The notes under the pieces are model-generated. The model was given only the letters and a program-made list of their open reading frames with translations, ran no database searches and had not been told where the DNA came from. A stretch of DNA of 64,000 nt from Antedon mediterranea. Taxonomy: Eukaryota; Animalia; Echinodermata. This document shows positions 26,301 to 37,800 of the stretch, piece after piece (the first letter of the stretch is position 1; every line of letters starts with the position of its first letter). The position numbers and the translations under genes were made by a program. The DNA lies in the NCBI RefSeq assembly GCF_964355755.1, contig NC_092670.1:35018388-35082387 (forward strand), given 5' to 3'.

Positions 26301-29300
26301 ATCATTTAATCGGTATTTTCGTTCGCGCTAGTCCAGAGATCAACGATTTTATTTGTATTAGATGCTGTCTGTTGTAGAGAAGCTTTGGCCTTATCTATTA
26401 CCTCGTTCTTTAGATGGGACGTTAAGCCAGTAGAGTTGCATCTACACATGTGTGTGTGGATTATTCCAAAAGGGTATTGTCTTTCAATCGGCGTGCTAAT
26501 CATGGTAGATGATGTAGATTCGTATGCGATTTTCTTTTCGTTGGGGAATCCTTATGTGAAAGTAGCCGAACTACTTTTTAAATATAAACTTAATCTAAAC
26601 CTCTAAATAATCTCTCTGTCACTATAAAGTGAAAAGAAGTTGCTCATTGGATTCGAACCCATATATCGACATGCAAAGTCCATTATTATAGTCTAATCCA
26701 TTCGACTACATTTAGTGAATGTAGTCTGGTCAATTCTTACCCACGCCTTCTGGATATGACTAATAAATATTCATGTTTATTTCGTGACGTTTCAAGAGGG
26801 GTCCCTAACTTATGTACGAAAAGAAAGATCGCGACTCGTAGAATACACGAGGACACGTTGATAAAGCACATAAACAGGCTACTAAACAGGCCTAATATGA
26901 AAGGAATTAGGAAAGCCAGTGAACGAATTCCTATTTTGAATATTGTGAAAATTATTTCTATTAGGAAAGGTCATTATCACACCTACAAGTGACCTCTCAG
27001 TGTATATAAGCGGATATGAACATACAGAATTCGTTCATCAGGTTGACTATGCAATATCAATGGACAAGATAGTTGACTTATTGAAGTCATCAGTCGGATG
27101 TCAACAGTATATGAAGGTATTGTATACTACATTATGAAACGTCTCACTGCATATAATATCATAAATCAATGCGTACCGTAAAATGTCAACGTCCCATTAT
27201 AAACGTTAATGCGTACGTAAAACCGCAATATGTAGGCCTATCGTAAAACCTCAATGTGTTCCACAAACTATCAATGTGTACCGTAAAACTTCAATGCGTA
27301 CCGTAAAACCTCAATGCGTTCCGTAAAATCCTAATGCGTACCGTAAAACCTCAATGCGTACTATAAAAACCAATGCGTACCGTACCAAATTATTGCGTGT
27401 CGTAAAAAAAATCAATGCGTGTCGTAAAAAATCAATGCGTACCGTACCAAATTAATGCGTGCCGTAAAAACTCAATTCGTATTGTAGGCTAAACCTCAAT
27501 GCGTTCTGTAAACTCTCAATGTGTAGCGTAAAAATACAAATACGTTCCATAAAACCTCAATGCGTTGCATAAAACCTCAATGCGTTGCATAAAACCTCAA
27601 TGCGTTCCGTAAAACCTCAATGCGTTATCAAGAGCAGCCCCGTAAAATGTCAATACGCACTGTGCGTACAATGAATCCTCCTCAAGTCGTACCATATAAA
27701 TAAATAAAACTGTACTTTTGTAAATTTCTATTCTGACCAGTACGTTTGTCATAATGCCGTAATGGGCGTATGGTTGTCACGTGATGGAGAAAGAATGAAC
27801 AATTATGGAGCACCAGCTGGCTACGATGGGTGCATGTGTGGTGTTTTAGGTAGGATTTACGTTATTAGGCCTATTTTAAATATTAACTGTATTATCTAGT
27901 CGTATAGACATAGGCATATCCCAACGTTCTATTGGTACTTTGTACGCTGAACGTTTACTAAAAAATGCAACATTGATCATAAATGATCCATACCATCCTG
28001 TCAACCATCATTTCCAAATTATGTGTCACAGTCACAAATTTAGATCGATACTTGTAAAAACTAATAGGTCAGTTTCTTCTTTCTACCCAACAGTAATCCG
28101 TGCAATTAATAATACATGTTTACGTTAAGTTCTGTATTTCCCCGAAACTTTAAAATACCGGAATGGTGTCCGGTTTTAGTTTTTCCAACCCCGAAAGCTT
28201 GAAATACCGGAATGGTATCCGGCGGAGTTTAGTTTTTACCAACCCCGAAACCAGTCTTAGAAATACCAGGATGGCGTCCGGCGGGGGATAGTTTCACCAC
28301 GTAGTTTATTTTAGCTGTTAGCCGAAACCGAAAATTCATTTTCAATGTAAATGTGTTTATATGTTTACAAAATGACAATACATTTACTTGACTTGACTTG
28401 TATAACAATTGTTTATTGAAAAGCAGAAATTGTTGGTTTATGTTTATTAAACGACCTGTCGAATAATCACATCGGTCAAAAACGCGCGGTTTTCAAATAA
28501 GAATAATAGACATTAGATTATTGTTAGGCCTAAATACTGTACCCGCGGGGCGAGAGAATGAGGCGTGCCAACCCCGTTGCCGTAATTCCCTAATAAAAGA
28601 GAGCTTTCGCTATCTCGGATCGGGAACGAGAACCAGCATTAATTACCGGTTCTCGATCTCGTACTCGTTCAAAAAACCCTTACTTTCTCGGCGGCTCGTT
28701 CCCGATCGAGATAGCGAAAGCTCTCTAATGTGTATTTTTCAATCTACTACAGAACAGCAAGTATGGTAAATAGGTCTAGGCTAGCTATTGATGACTCTTT
28801 TACATTTGTGACAACGCCCCTGTATAAATCCTGTCTATTTTTTTGTTTTGTTCATTTTTATACTGGGTGACCTCTTCAGTCAAAGACTGATCTCCCAGAG
28901 GGCCCAGTTAGTGATCAGTGGCTGTGATGTACTAATACACCGGGGTAACCCCCTACTCGTCTCGAAAGATGTACTAGGTTCTTTAAAGTGCACACGAGCT
29001 AGTTGTGTACACTGGACCTACGGTTTATAGTCCTTATCCGAGAAGACTTGTTCTACCACCAGAACCATAACCATGGAGTGAGTGAGCCTCGAACCCTTGC
29101 CGATGTTATGGCTACGTAATTACGGTTCCACTGTCTTAACCGCTCGGCCACTCACTCAGTCTATGGGGTGGTTAAACATTAAATAATTTAATCGCATTAT
29201 TATTTTGAAGAACATAGATGGTAAAAACTTTATTTAGAAGTATGCAATATAGTTATAATCAGTCTATATAATGTTTGATTTATATATTGCCTTTTTAAAT

Positions 29301-30896
29301 AAATGAAGATCAGAAGTATGCAGGTATATGCCTATTACGTACACCAATATTCATTTTCATTTTACATAAAAGATACGCTTCACATTTTTCAGATATTTTC
29401 CATGGTCCTCTCCTTCATTTTAGGCTACTCAATGGGTTTTGTAATTCTTACAGTATTCGATTCCTTGGACACGGTTTCGATTATAGGCCTACTGTTCGCC
29501 CCGACCAACTCGTAATTAATACTAATATCCATTACATTTTTTAAAAAGGAAATTGCACATCTGTTGGAAGAAGATGTAACTGTGATACTAACGATAACTA
29601 CGTGAGAACTGACGATGGATTCGTTGATGATCGTTCTACGCTGCCAGTCACTGCGTTACTTTTTAAGGACACAGGAAGTCACAACGAGTACGGTACGAGT
29701 ACCATTGGCTCGTTCACGTGTACAGGTATATACTCATATATACTCATTTTGATTTTGCATCACGCGGCTTTGGTGATATTCTTTACGTTCAATTCACAAA
29801 TAAAAATTCATTATAATGAATGTGTCTCTCAAAAATTATATTTATATGTTTTTGGAACAATATGCAATGTATTAATGACACTAAAAACAGAAATGTTTAA
29901 AAGTTTGGCCAATCCGGTTTGAATCTACTGCGGCTACGTATTACTGTGACTGTGGGTAGGCTCTAGGCCTACTGCTGAATATATAAACACATAATATACA
30001 AATACAAACTTTATTACTGACAGTTGCTTCTCAACGTGTGTATTAATTAATAATTATAAAAAATACAAACGTCGTAGTGGTGTATCGTTACTATTTCAAT
30101 CGACTATAACAGGGACAGTTTTAAAAAAGTATTAAATCGTAAATGTGGATAGCCTAAAGAATACATTTAAAAATTGTTCTCATCCTCTTCCCCATCCCTC
30201 AACTCTAATGTACAAAACATAAATTGGGTTTGTTTAAAGACAACTTTTAAGTTTCTCCTTCGGAAGTAGGCCTAATTCCCAGGGTGCTAGTTTTAATTGA
30301 CTACATAAATCATCGTGTCTATTTATTCGTTTCTGTAAACAATGTACTATATAGTCCTGCGGTACGTACATTCGAAATCGCCTGTTTTTTTACGCTGAAA
30401 TTAATGTGTAATCGAAACCATCTAGCTATTATAAATAATTTGCAATGTTTGAATGGACAAATTTTGCTAAATTCTGAATCGCGAAACTCGCGGATAATAA
30501 AAAAAAATAAGACGTAAGGCGCAACATCCATACACGTCATGTGCACGGCACAAGTTTGGCGCATTTTCAAACATCTAAATGATATTGTGTACATTTTTAT
30601 ATATACATCTTCTTTTAGGAACGTATGTGGATTGGAATTGGTCAACAATACACGAAGGTGTGTGTTTGGTTGATCACGTTCTAGCCGTGTTTAAAACACA
30701 TTCTCGTACTCAATGTATGCTGCTCTGTCGAAGAGAATTATTGTGCAGATCTGTGAACGTCAAGATGAAGTCTGACAATGGCGCTGTGACGTGCGAGTTG
30801 AATCTGAGAAGATTGAGAAATGTGCTTGAAAGCAACATTTGCTATGATAAATATTGTACAAATATCGAGCCTATCTTAGAGTCAGACTTGCCATAA
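23379..30896 (+). CDS. Secreted protein: Caspr/neurexin-IV-type fibrinogen-like domain plus C-terminal PAN/apple-like domain (~320 aa)
   Basis: In-phase exons: 23379-23430 (signal peptide MLVLIFIYYLLCGVCCQ), 25775-25978 (CEELR..G...FCVDPDG...FQVEC), 26965-27116 (VDYAISMDKIVDLLKSSVGCQQYMK), 27741-27849 (YVC...WLSRDG...GCMCG), 29549-29725 (CNCD...RTDDG....LPVT....DTG...FTC), 30619-30896 (CMLLC....CRSVN...CELN, TAA). Confidence 0.88.
24711..25048. mobile_element. Kolobok-like MITE (TTAA TSD)
   Basis: TTAA|AGATGTATTGTCCCCC...GGGGGACAATACATCT|TTAA, a perfect TIR. Confidence 0.9.
27165..27655 (+). repeat. Minisatellite, ~20-bp unit CCTCAATGCGTACCGTAAAA
   Basis: More than 20 diverged head-to-tail copies in an intron. 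Confidence 0.9.
27905..28130 (+). mobile_element. Rex1/Babar-like LINE 3' end fragment
   Basis: IINDPYHPVNHHFQIM....KFRSI.VKTNR..SSFYPTVIRAIN is typical of this ORF2 C-terminus. Confidence 0.65.
28140..28300 (+). repeat. Short tandem array (~50-60-bp unit x3)
   Basis: CCCCGAAA...AAATACCGGAATGGT.TCCGG is repeated three times. Confidence 0.75.
28598..28726. mobile_element. Palindromic MITE (TIR AGAGAGCTTTCGCTATCTCG.ATCGGGAACGAG)
   Basis: ~33-bp near-perfect terminal inverted repeats. Confidence 0.75.
28838..29160 (-). mobile_element. tRNA-derived SINE with a conserved-core-like body (Nin/Deu-type, tentative)
   Basis: Minus strand: A box TGGCCGAGCGG, B box GGTTCGAGGC, core GGATAAGGACTATAAACCGTAGGTCC...GCACTTTAAAGAACC, A-rich tail. 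Confidence 0.8.
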
Positions 30897-32239
30897 ATAG
30901 TAATAAATAATTGTGTGAAGGTTACCATATTTGATCACTTATTTAACCCGATTATCAGTGTTGTATCTCCACATTATGACAATTTTCTCCAGTATCACAA
31001 GCAAATACATAAATATGGTGCCTGTATCTAAGAATAACCAGAATAGATGGTTGAGGTTAAGCTGGTCTATCTACATAACATGATTAGTTGATTAGTTTGA
31101 CAAAAAAAAGTGTGATGTGTCCAAATATGGTAGTGATATGACATCACCGTGTCCATATATAGGCACATCACATTTTTTGTTCACATACAGTTTGATAGTG
31201 TAGACAGAGCTTTAGGCTATAGGGTCTATGGTATGAAACACGCGTGTCACGGGATTTGCCAAGGATGATACTGGAACAATTCAAATACAGTAAAGGGTAG
31301 GCCTATCGATCACTTTATTTGGTATTTGACCAATCTTTGATAATATTTTAGAATTCAGGCATGTAAATGTTTAATTAACAGTTTTGGTTGTGATTTTAAA
31401 GGCCTATATAAACAATCAGCTGGCTATTTAGAGGTTTAGGCCTATGTTTGTTTTACATACTAATATTCTATTGGAACCTGTATGTTGGAACTTATCTATA
31501 CTAGGAATACATAGTCATACTGCTTGTATTGAAAATATTTAATTATGATTATAATATGAAGCTAATTTATTGGAAAATGTGCATACACTATTTTATTGAT
31601 TTGTATTTAAAAAAATTATAATCGATAGTGACTTTTGTTTAATCTTGGTATCAAAATGAAAGCCCATAAGATATACTATTATTATTTTGCTACCCAACTT
31701 GTATTGAAAATCTTGAATTATGATGGCAATTTTTAGCAATAAATATGCACATTTTCCACAAGTTTTCAATATAAGTTGGGTAGAAATGGATCGTTATATT
31801 TTATGGGCTTTCATAAGTATTTTCACACATTAATTATTCAATATCATATAAACACAACATTTACATTATCAAATATTTATATTTTGTTATTCTATGTCGC
31901 TTCTCGTAACAGTATCATGTCAAGCATTGTTAAACAACCTGCAGCAACAGGTCCATACTGTAGCATCTAAAACTCCTAAATAGTAACTAACCTAACCTCC
32001 TACATAATCTTTCATTATACTACCGCGTCCCATATGAGATGAAGGTTGTTATTAGAAGACGTGATACTGTAGGATGTTTAACGCCACGTGTGACGTGATA
32101 CCGCATACATAAATGTAATTTCAGCTCAAGCTTTAATACTAGGAGAGCTGATAGATGTTTGCGAGGATCCTACTGCAGCTACCTTTCCAATATACCTATT
32201 ACCACTATATAATCAGCAATATTCTACATCTTGTTTTTA

Positions 32240-32928
32240 CTCGGGGTACCCGAGTCTAAGACTCTCTCATCTTAGGTACCCGAGTCTAAGACTCTCTCAT
32301 CTTAGGTACCCGAGTCTAGGACTCTCTCATCTTAGGTACCCGAGTCTAGGACTCTCTCATCTTAGGTACCCGAGTCTAAGACTCTCTCATCTTAGGTACC
32401 CGAGTCTAAGACACTCTCATCTTAGGTACCCGAGTCTAAGACTCTCTCATCTTAGGTACCCGAGTCTAAGACTCTCTCATCTTAGGTACCCGAGTCTAGG
32501 ACTCTCTCATCTTAGGTACCCGAGTCTAGGACTCTCTCATCTTAGGTATCCGAGTCTAGGACTTTCTCATCTTAGGTACCCGAGTCTAGGACTCTCTCAT
32601 CTTAGGTACCCGAGTCTAGGACTCTCTCATCTTAGGCACCCGAGTCTAGGACTCTCTTATCTTAGGTACCCGAGTCCAAGACTCTCTCATCTTAGGTACC
32701 CAAGTCTAGGACTCTCTCATCTTAGGTACCCAAATCTAGGACTCTCTCATCTTAGGTACCCGAGTTTAGGACTCTCTCATCTAAGGTACCCGAGTAGACT
32801 CTCTCATCTTAGGTACCCGAGTCTAGGACTCTCTCATCTTAGGTACCCGAGTCTAGGACTCTCTCATCTTAGGTACCTGAGTCTAAGACTCTCATCTTAG
32901 GTACCCGAGTCTAGGACTCTCTCATCTT
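32240..32928 (+). repeat. Homogeneous 30-bp minisatellite GGTACCCGAGTCTA(A/G)GACTCTCTCATCTTA
   Basis: About 23 near-identical head-to-tail units with no spacers. Confidence 0.97.
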
Positions 32929-34813
32929 CTCTTCCATCTGGACACTATTGAGTAAAAAGTGCGATTTATAAAGTACTACTCCTCCCTTATTCGTTGTAGT
33001 ATTGAGCTGTGATTTGGCATGAATATACTACAGGGACATCTCCTCAAAGCTATAGAGCCGGATTGTTTAATTTCAAACAGGATGCAGCCATATCACGTCT
33101 CGAAGATGGTACCGTATAGCCGTATTTGGTAGCGAGGTTATTGATGTGTATGTGACGTTACATCCCGTCTTATGACGTCATTACAGCTTCTTTTGCTGTA
33201 CCCCGAGTATCGCACATTCCTGCTTGTTCTTCATTTTTCTGGACATTTTTGCATGTAAATCACATAGTATTAGGCGCTCTATAAGACTACCATTATTATT
33301 ATTGTAAATAAAATACGAGTACTCAGATATTAGTAGAACGACGACAGAAGAAAATTATATATTTTTCTAATTTAATAAGCATTATATAGTTTATTTATTA
33401 GAAAACCGATAAATCCATTTTAGTATCTGAAAAATGGAATAAAAGCTCAATAGTTTAAGTAATTTATTACACGTATGTATATGTATTTATGAGCAGTGTT
33501 TCATTAACATTCCGTATATTGATTAAATTGTATTATATGTATCATGATAATATATATAATATAAAAATTGTTATTACTGAACTACTTCTCATTTGCCTTA
33601 TTAAATACGTTTCATGCGTGTTTCATTCATTGTGTGTATGTTATCAATTATCAGCAAGCGTGTTACCATTTATAATTAAAGATGTATTGTCCCCCTGAAA
33701 AAAAAAATGAATATGCCATTTTAAGTCAAAAAAAGGTCGAATTGGCTGCCAGCCAATGGAATTTTAGTTGAATTTAACCATTTATTACATTATTTTATAA
33801 GTAAAAACCTTTTTTTTCGTCTAAAATTTCGTGATTAAATTTATTAAAACTACAAAATAACCTATTCAAAGTCTGATTTAATATTATTTACATTTCAAAG
33901 ATACTTTTGTTAGGATGCGGACCTGAATCACGATTGTTGATTTGTTTTCTCTATTTACAGTCATGAGGTAATTTCCCAAATGATCATAATCAAAGGTACT
34001 GGTCATCCATTCATAGAAGCCTTGATGAAGTAAGCCTACCTGGTGATGACTATAGAATGGTCCCAAGATAACGACTAAACTTCGGTTTTAGTTAATAGAA
34101 GAAGGTTGAAATTTGTTAGAAATAGAGTATACGATATATTATTATTATTATATATTATTTAATAATTCAATTTCTGCCATATTCAATACAAAGAAAAAGA
34201 CAAAACAAATATAAAAGACAAGGAAAGACCAAACAGGTGCTAAACACCTATGCTAGTTGGTCAACCCAGAACAGTGCACAGAAATAAACAAAACTACATT
34301 CTACAATTAAATCATCTACAAGAAACTGACCAACTGCACACATTTAGTGTAAATAGTTGGATGTAATAATCTTGTAATAGATTAGACAGTCGTTCAATGC
34401 GAATGAATTAGTTAATCCATTATTTAATATATTGATTATTGTTATGAATTATAATATCGATAAAAAACTATATGTGGCGGAAGTTGCAACTCTTGGTTTG
34501 CATTTGTTATTATTATTCAAGGTATATTTATTTATTTAAAAAAAAACAGTCAAAGGCTGAAATGAGTACAATTTTACAGATATAAAAACTTTAAAATTAA
34601 TGTATCGAGATTCACTTCTCAAAATCAAAAAAGCTTTTTTTCTACTAACTGGAGGTTTATCCTATATTAACTCTTTTTTTTTACATTTTACAATTTTTCT
34701 TCCAATACTGAAAAATTTAATTTCTGCTTATTAATTATATACATTCAATGAATTTCCTTACAATTTTAGTTAATCTAATAAAGTATAATTCATACCAGTT
34801 AGATGTAGTTGCT

Positions 34814-37800
34814 TTAAAATATATTGAAGAATGGGAAACTGGCATCATCTGGTTTCAACAAGTCCGCAAGAAAACAGATAGTTCCGGCCACGCCTTCAAA
34901 TAAACTGTACGGGTGATCTGGAGTCCTTGCTCCTTTCTTGAATTCATCCGAGAACATGAAGTTAGCAAATTGCTGCGCTCGGTGTAAATGTTTGTTGTCC
35001 TTTGTTAAACGGTAAAGAAGAAGATGGACATATCCATTACCAGCGACGCCATGGCATATCCCCGGGCCTTTATGCAAGAGACCTAGCTTCCAGGTAGTTT
35101 CGCCGCAGTCTAGGCATGCCCTCAAGTAACGCTCATCCTTCCATGTCAAGTATGCCCTTGCAAACATATACACAACACCTGCATTAAATTAGTGAATACA
35201 AATTAGACTTCCTGTAAAAAATGAATTTAAATATTTATTTCTAAAAATGGTTATCTTTTAAAATTATGATATATTTTCTGTCAGTCAAAAATATTATGAT
35301 TTTAAAGGATGACGTGTAGCTAGACCTACCAACGAACAGCATGATTGTTATGTACTAGTGGAAGGCTCTGTCACACCTGTTCCGGCACTACGTCGACAAA
35401 TCCAATCTAATGTCAATGTTTCGTTTTTACGTGGCTACGCGCATATCGATTGGCGCATAGCCGCGTGGAGCGTCGTGAAAAACGAAACATCAGTGTTCGG
35501 TTCGCCGGACCGGAACCGTGCTGGAACCCGCGTGAAAGGCCCTTTACACTAGGCCTAACTAGGTACTATAGGTTACTATACTATTAGTGTTCTAGTGGAT
35601 ACTGTGGAGCTAGGCCTACAGCATCAATTTACTGTTATTTTACCGGAATATTCAAAATATTTTACATGTTTTGTTTTTTGTTTTTTGTTTTTATTTTATT
35701 CAATCGAAACCAACAGCGATAATTACCGCCCCTAACAAGTTTTGATACAAACAAAGCCAGGACTGTTTAAAGCACCTTGATTGGTCCTAACATTGATCAA
35801 GTGCTTCTCTCGTCCAGTGCCCACCTTGACCAGAGGTCTGAGGCAGATACTAGATGCAGGGGCTGCCATAAGAGTCAGCAGTGCTGATTTCAAATGCCTA
35901 ACGGGACCCCAGCTCCGTATACAGCACCCGTTTTTCCCAGATGGTCTCCCATCCAAGCTCTAACCAGGCCCAACGTCGCTTAACTTCGGTAATCTGACGA
36001 GAACCGGTGTTTCAATGTGGTAAAGCCGTATTATTACTTGTATGTTTTATTGAGGGCCCTGAATGAACAGTTTATACGTTTGCTACCCTTGCTAAATATA
36101 GAAATTAAAAGGGGGTTCCGGGTTTAAAATGAATAGTAAAAAATGTAAAATATATTTGTTTGTCTCTTGAACGGTAAAAGTTTCAATTTATATAAGCGCC
36201 CAGTGAAGCAGAACGAAGGCTGTGAAATGAGGCCAGATTACAAGTGCAGCTACGGCAAAATCACACTGTGGTTACAGAATATGAAATTTGTGAAATGGTC
36301 AATCTTCCGACGACTCGTTATCATTAACCATATCAATTACTTTTGTAAAATTATACTTATCTGATGTAATTTTAGTCGGTCTTCCCATTTATAAAGTCAA
36401 TTTTCTATGAAAATCCATCAAAACAGTGAAAAATTAGATAAGTTTGCACTTTACGTTTGCCGATTTTCGCACTGACTTAGGAAAAGCCTTCAAAATCAAT
36501 GAAGCGTAACGTATACATTCCTGCTGAGCGAGGAGAGCGAGACGACGATACACGTGCTCTGTCTGCCCATGCCTGGCATCGTCACGTGATAAGCAGATAC
36601 AGTATACAATACCAAACTGGTCGGGTCGAGTATACCCCGTCTATAATCACAACATGAACGATGTACAGTATTTGTTTGAAGGTCAACTCGACTTACCGGA
36701 ATGGTATAGATAATATAGCTCGAATGAGAGAGAGTTGGAATATTTTTAAACATAAGTATTGCTAATTTTAACAAGTGTAGCTTATAGTAAAAGGCCTGGT
36801 AGTATCAATTCGCATAGGGTCTACTACACTAGCTAGCTCAATTTTTAACTGGGCCGGATCGGCTAGGTCTCCTTCCTACTACCGGTCTACTTGCTTGATG
36901 CAGTATCCGCTTTTTTGGAGAGTAAACTAGGCCTATTTTAGGCCTTATTAGACGATCGGGACACCATCCATACGTGCGGACGGCGATCGGACCTTGTTTT
37001 GGGGTTTTGCCTCAATATTTACAGCCGATTTTTGTAGAACGTTTTAGGTTTAGATTGTTTAGGAGTTTGGTTGATAGGATGGGCTTGGAATCCACTGAGT
37101 TTTGTTATTTATGGGCCAATCGTTTAGTAATAGGCTAGCTAGGCCCATGAATGATGGCCCCAATGTTTTAACGTAGCCATCGTGGCATGGAATCCCTAGT
37201 CAGAAATGGCTCTCACCCATGAATAAAATGATTTAGGCTAGGCCTAGCCTAGTACGTGAAGCCGATATACGATCTGTACTATTCGAGGTATAAAAATAGT
37301 ATAATTTATGACTCCGTAATCTGTACTAAATTTTGTATTTCATTAAATGTCAAATAAATATATGCTACTACTGTTATTATTACACTTTAGGCCTAGCTTA
37401 GAAAATCTACAAAAAATGTATTTCACAATGATCGGGTGGTCGTCGTTTGACAGGGGAGAGAGAACACAACGTACAAGCTTGACGTCGCGAGTTTGGAATC
37501 CACTGATATCGTGATTTTGTGAATATCTCATGAATATTAATGAGCTTCCCTAAGCTGCTGAAAAACAGACTTTCCATGAATTTACCCTAAAATGTATATG
37601 AAATTTAATTTTTTTAATTTCTCGTTATTACTTCTTCATTCTGACATGTCTATATTGTTAAAATATTTTTTATTTAATAAATAAACGATATTTAAAAGCA
37701 ATTTTAAACCCAGAATCCCCCTTTAAATAATGAAATAATAAACAAACCCGGTGCTCCGTGACACCAATGCACAAGTGTGTCCTCCAAAGGTCTGGTATTA

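Noticed and set aside
26306-26560. Minus-strand ~85-codon open stretch in an intron
   Set aside because: No recognisable domain or convincing splice sites; probably a TE remnant.
29075-29160. tRNA gene
   Set aside because: A and B boxes are present, but no clean cloverleaf could be drawn and it is attached to a SINE core and tail.
32240-32928. CRISPR-like array (30-bp palindromic repeats)
   Set aside because: Units are directly adjacent with no unique spacers, there are no cas genes, and the context is eukaryotic.
35917-36030. Functional 5S rRNA gene
   Set aside because: Single intronic copy with several substitutions, eroded ends and no oligo-T terminator; it continues into a SINE-like body.
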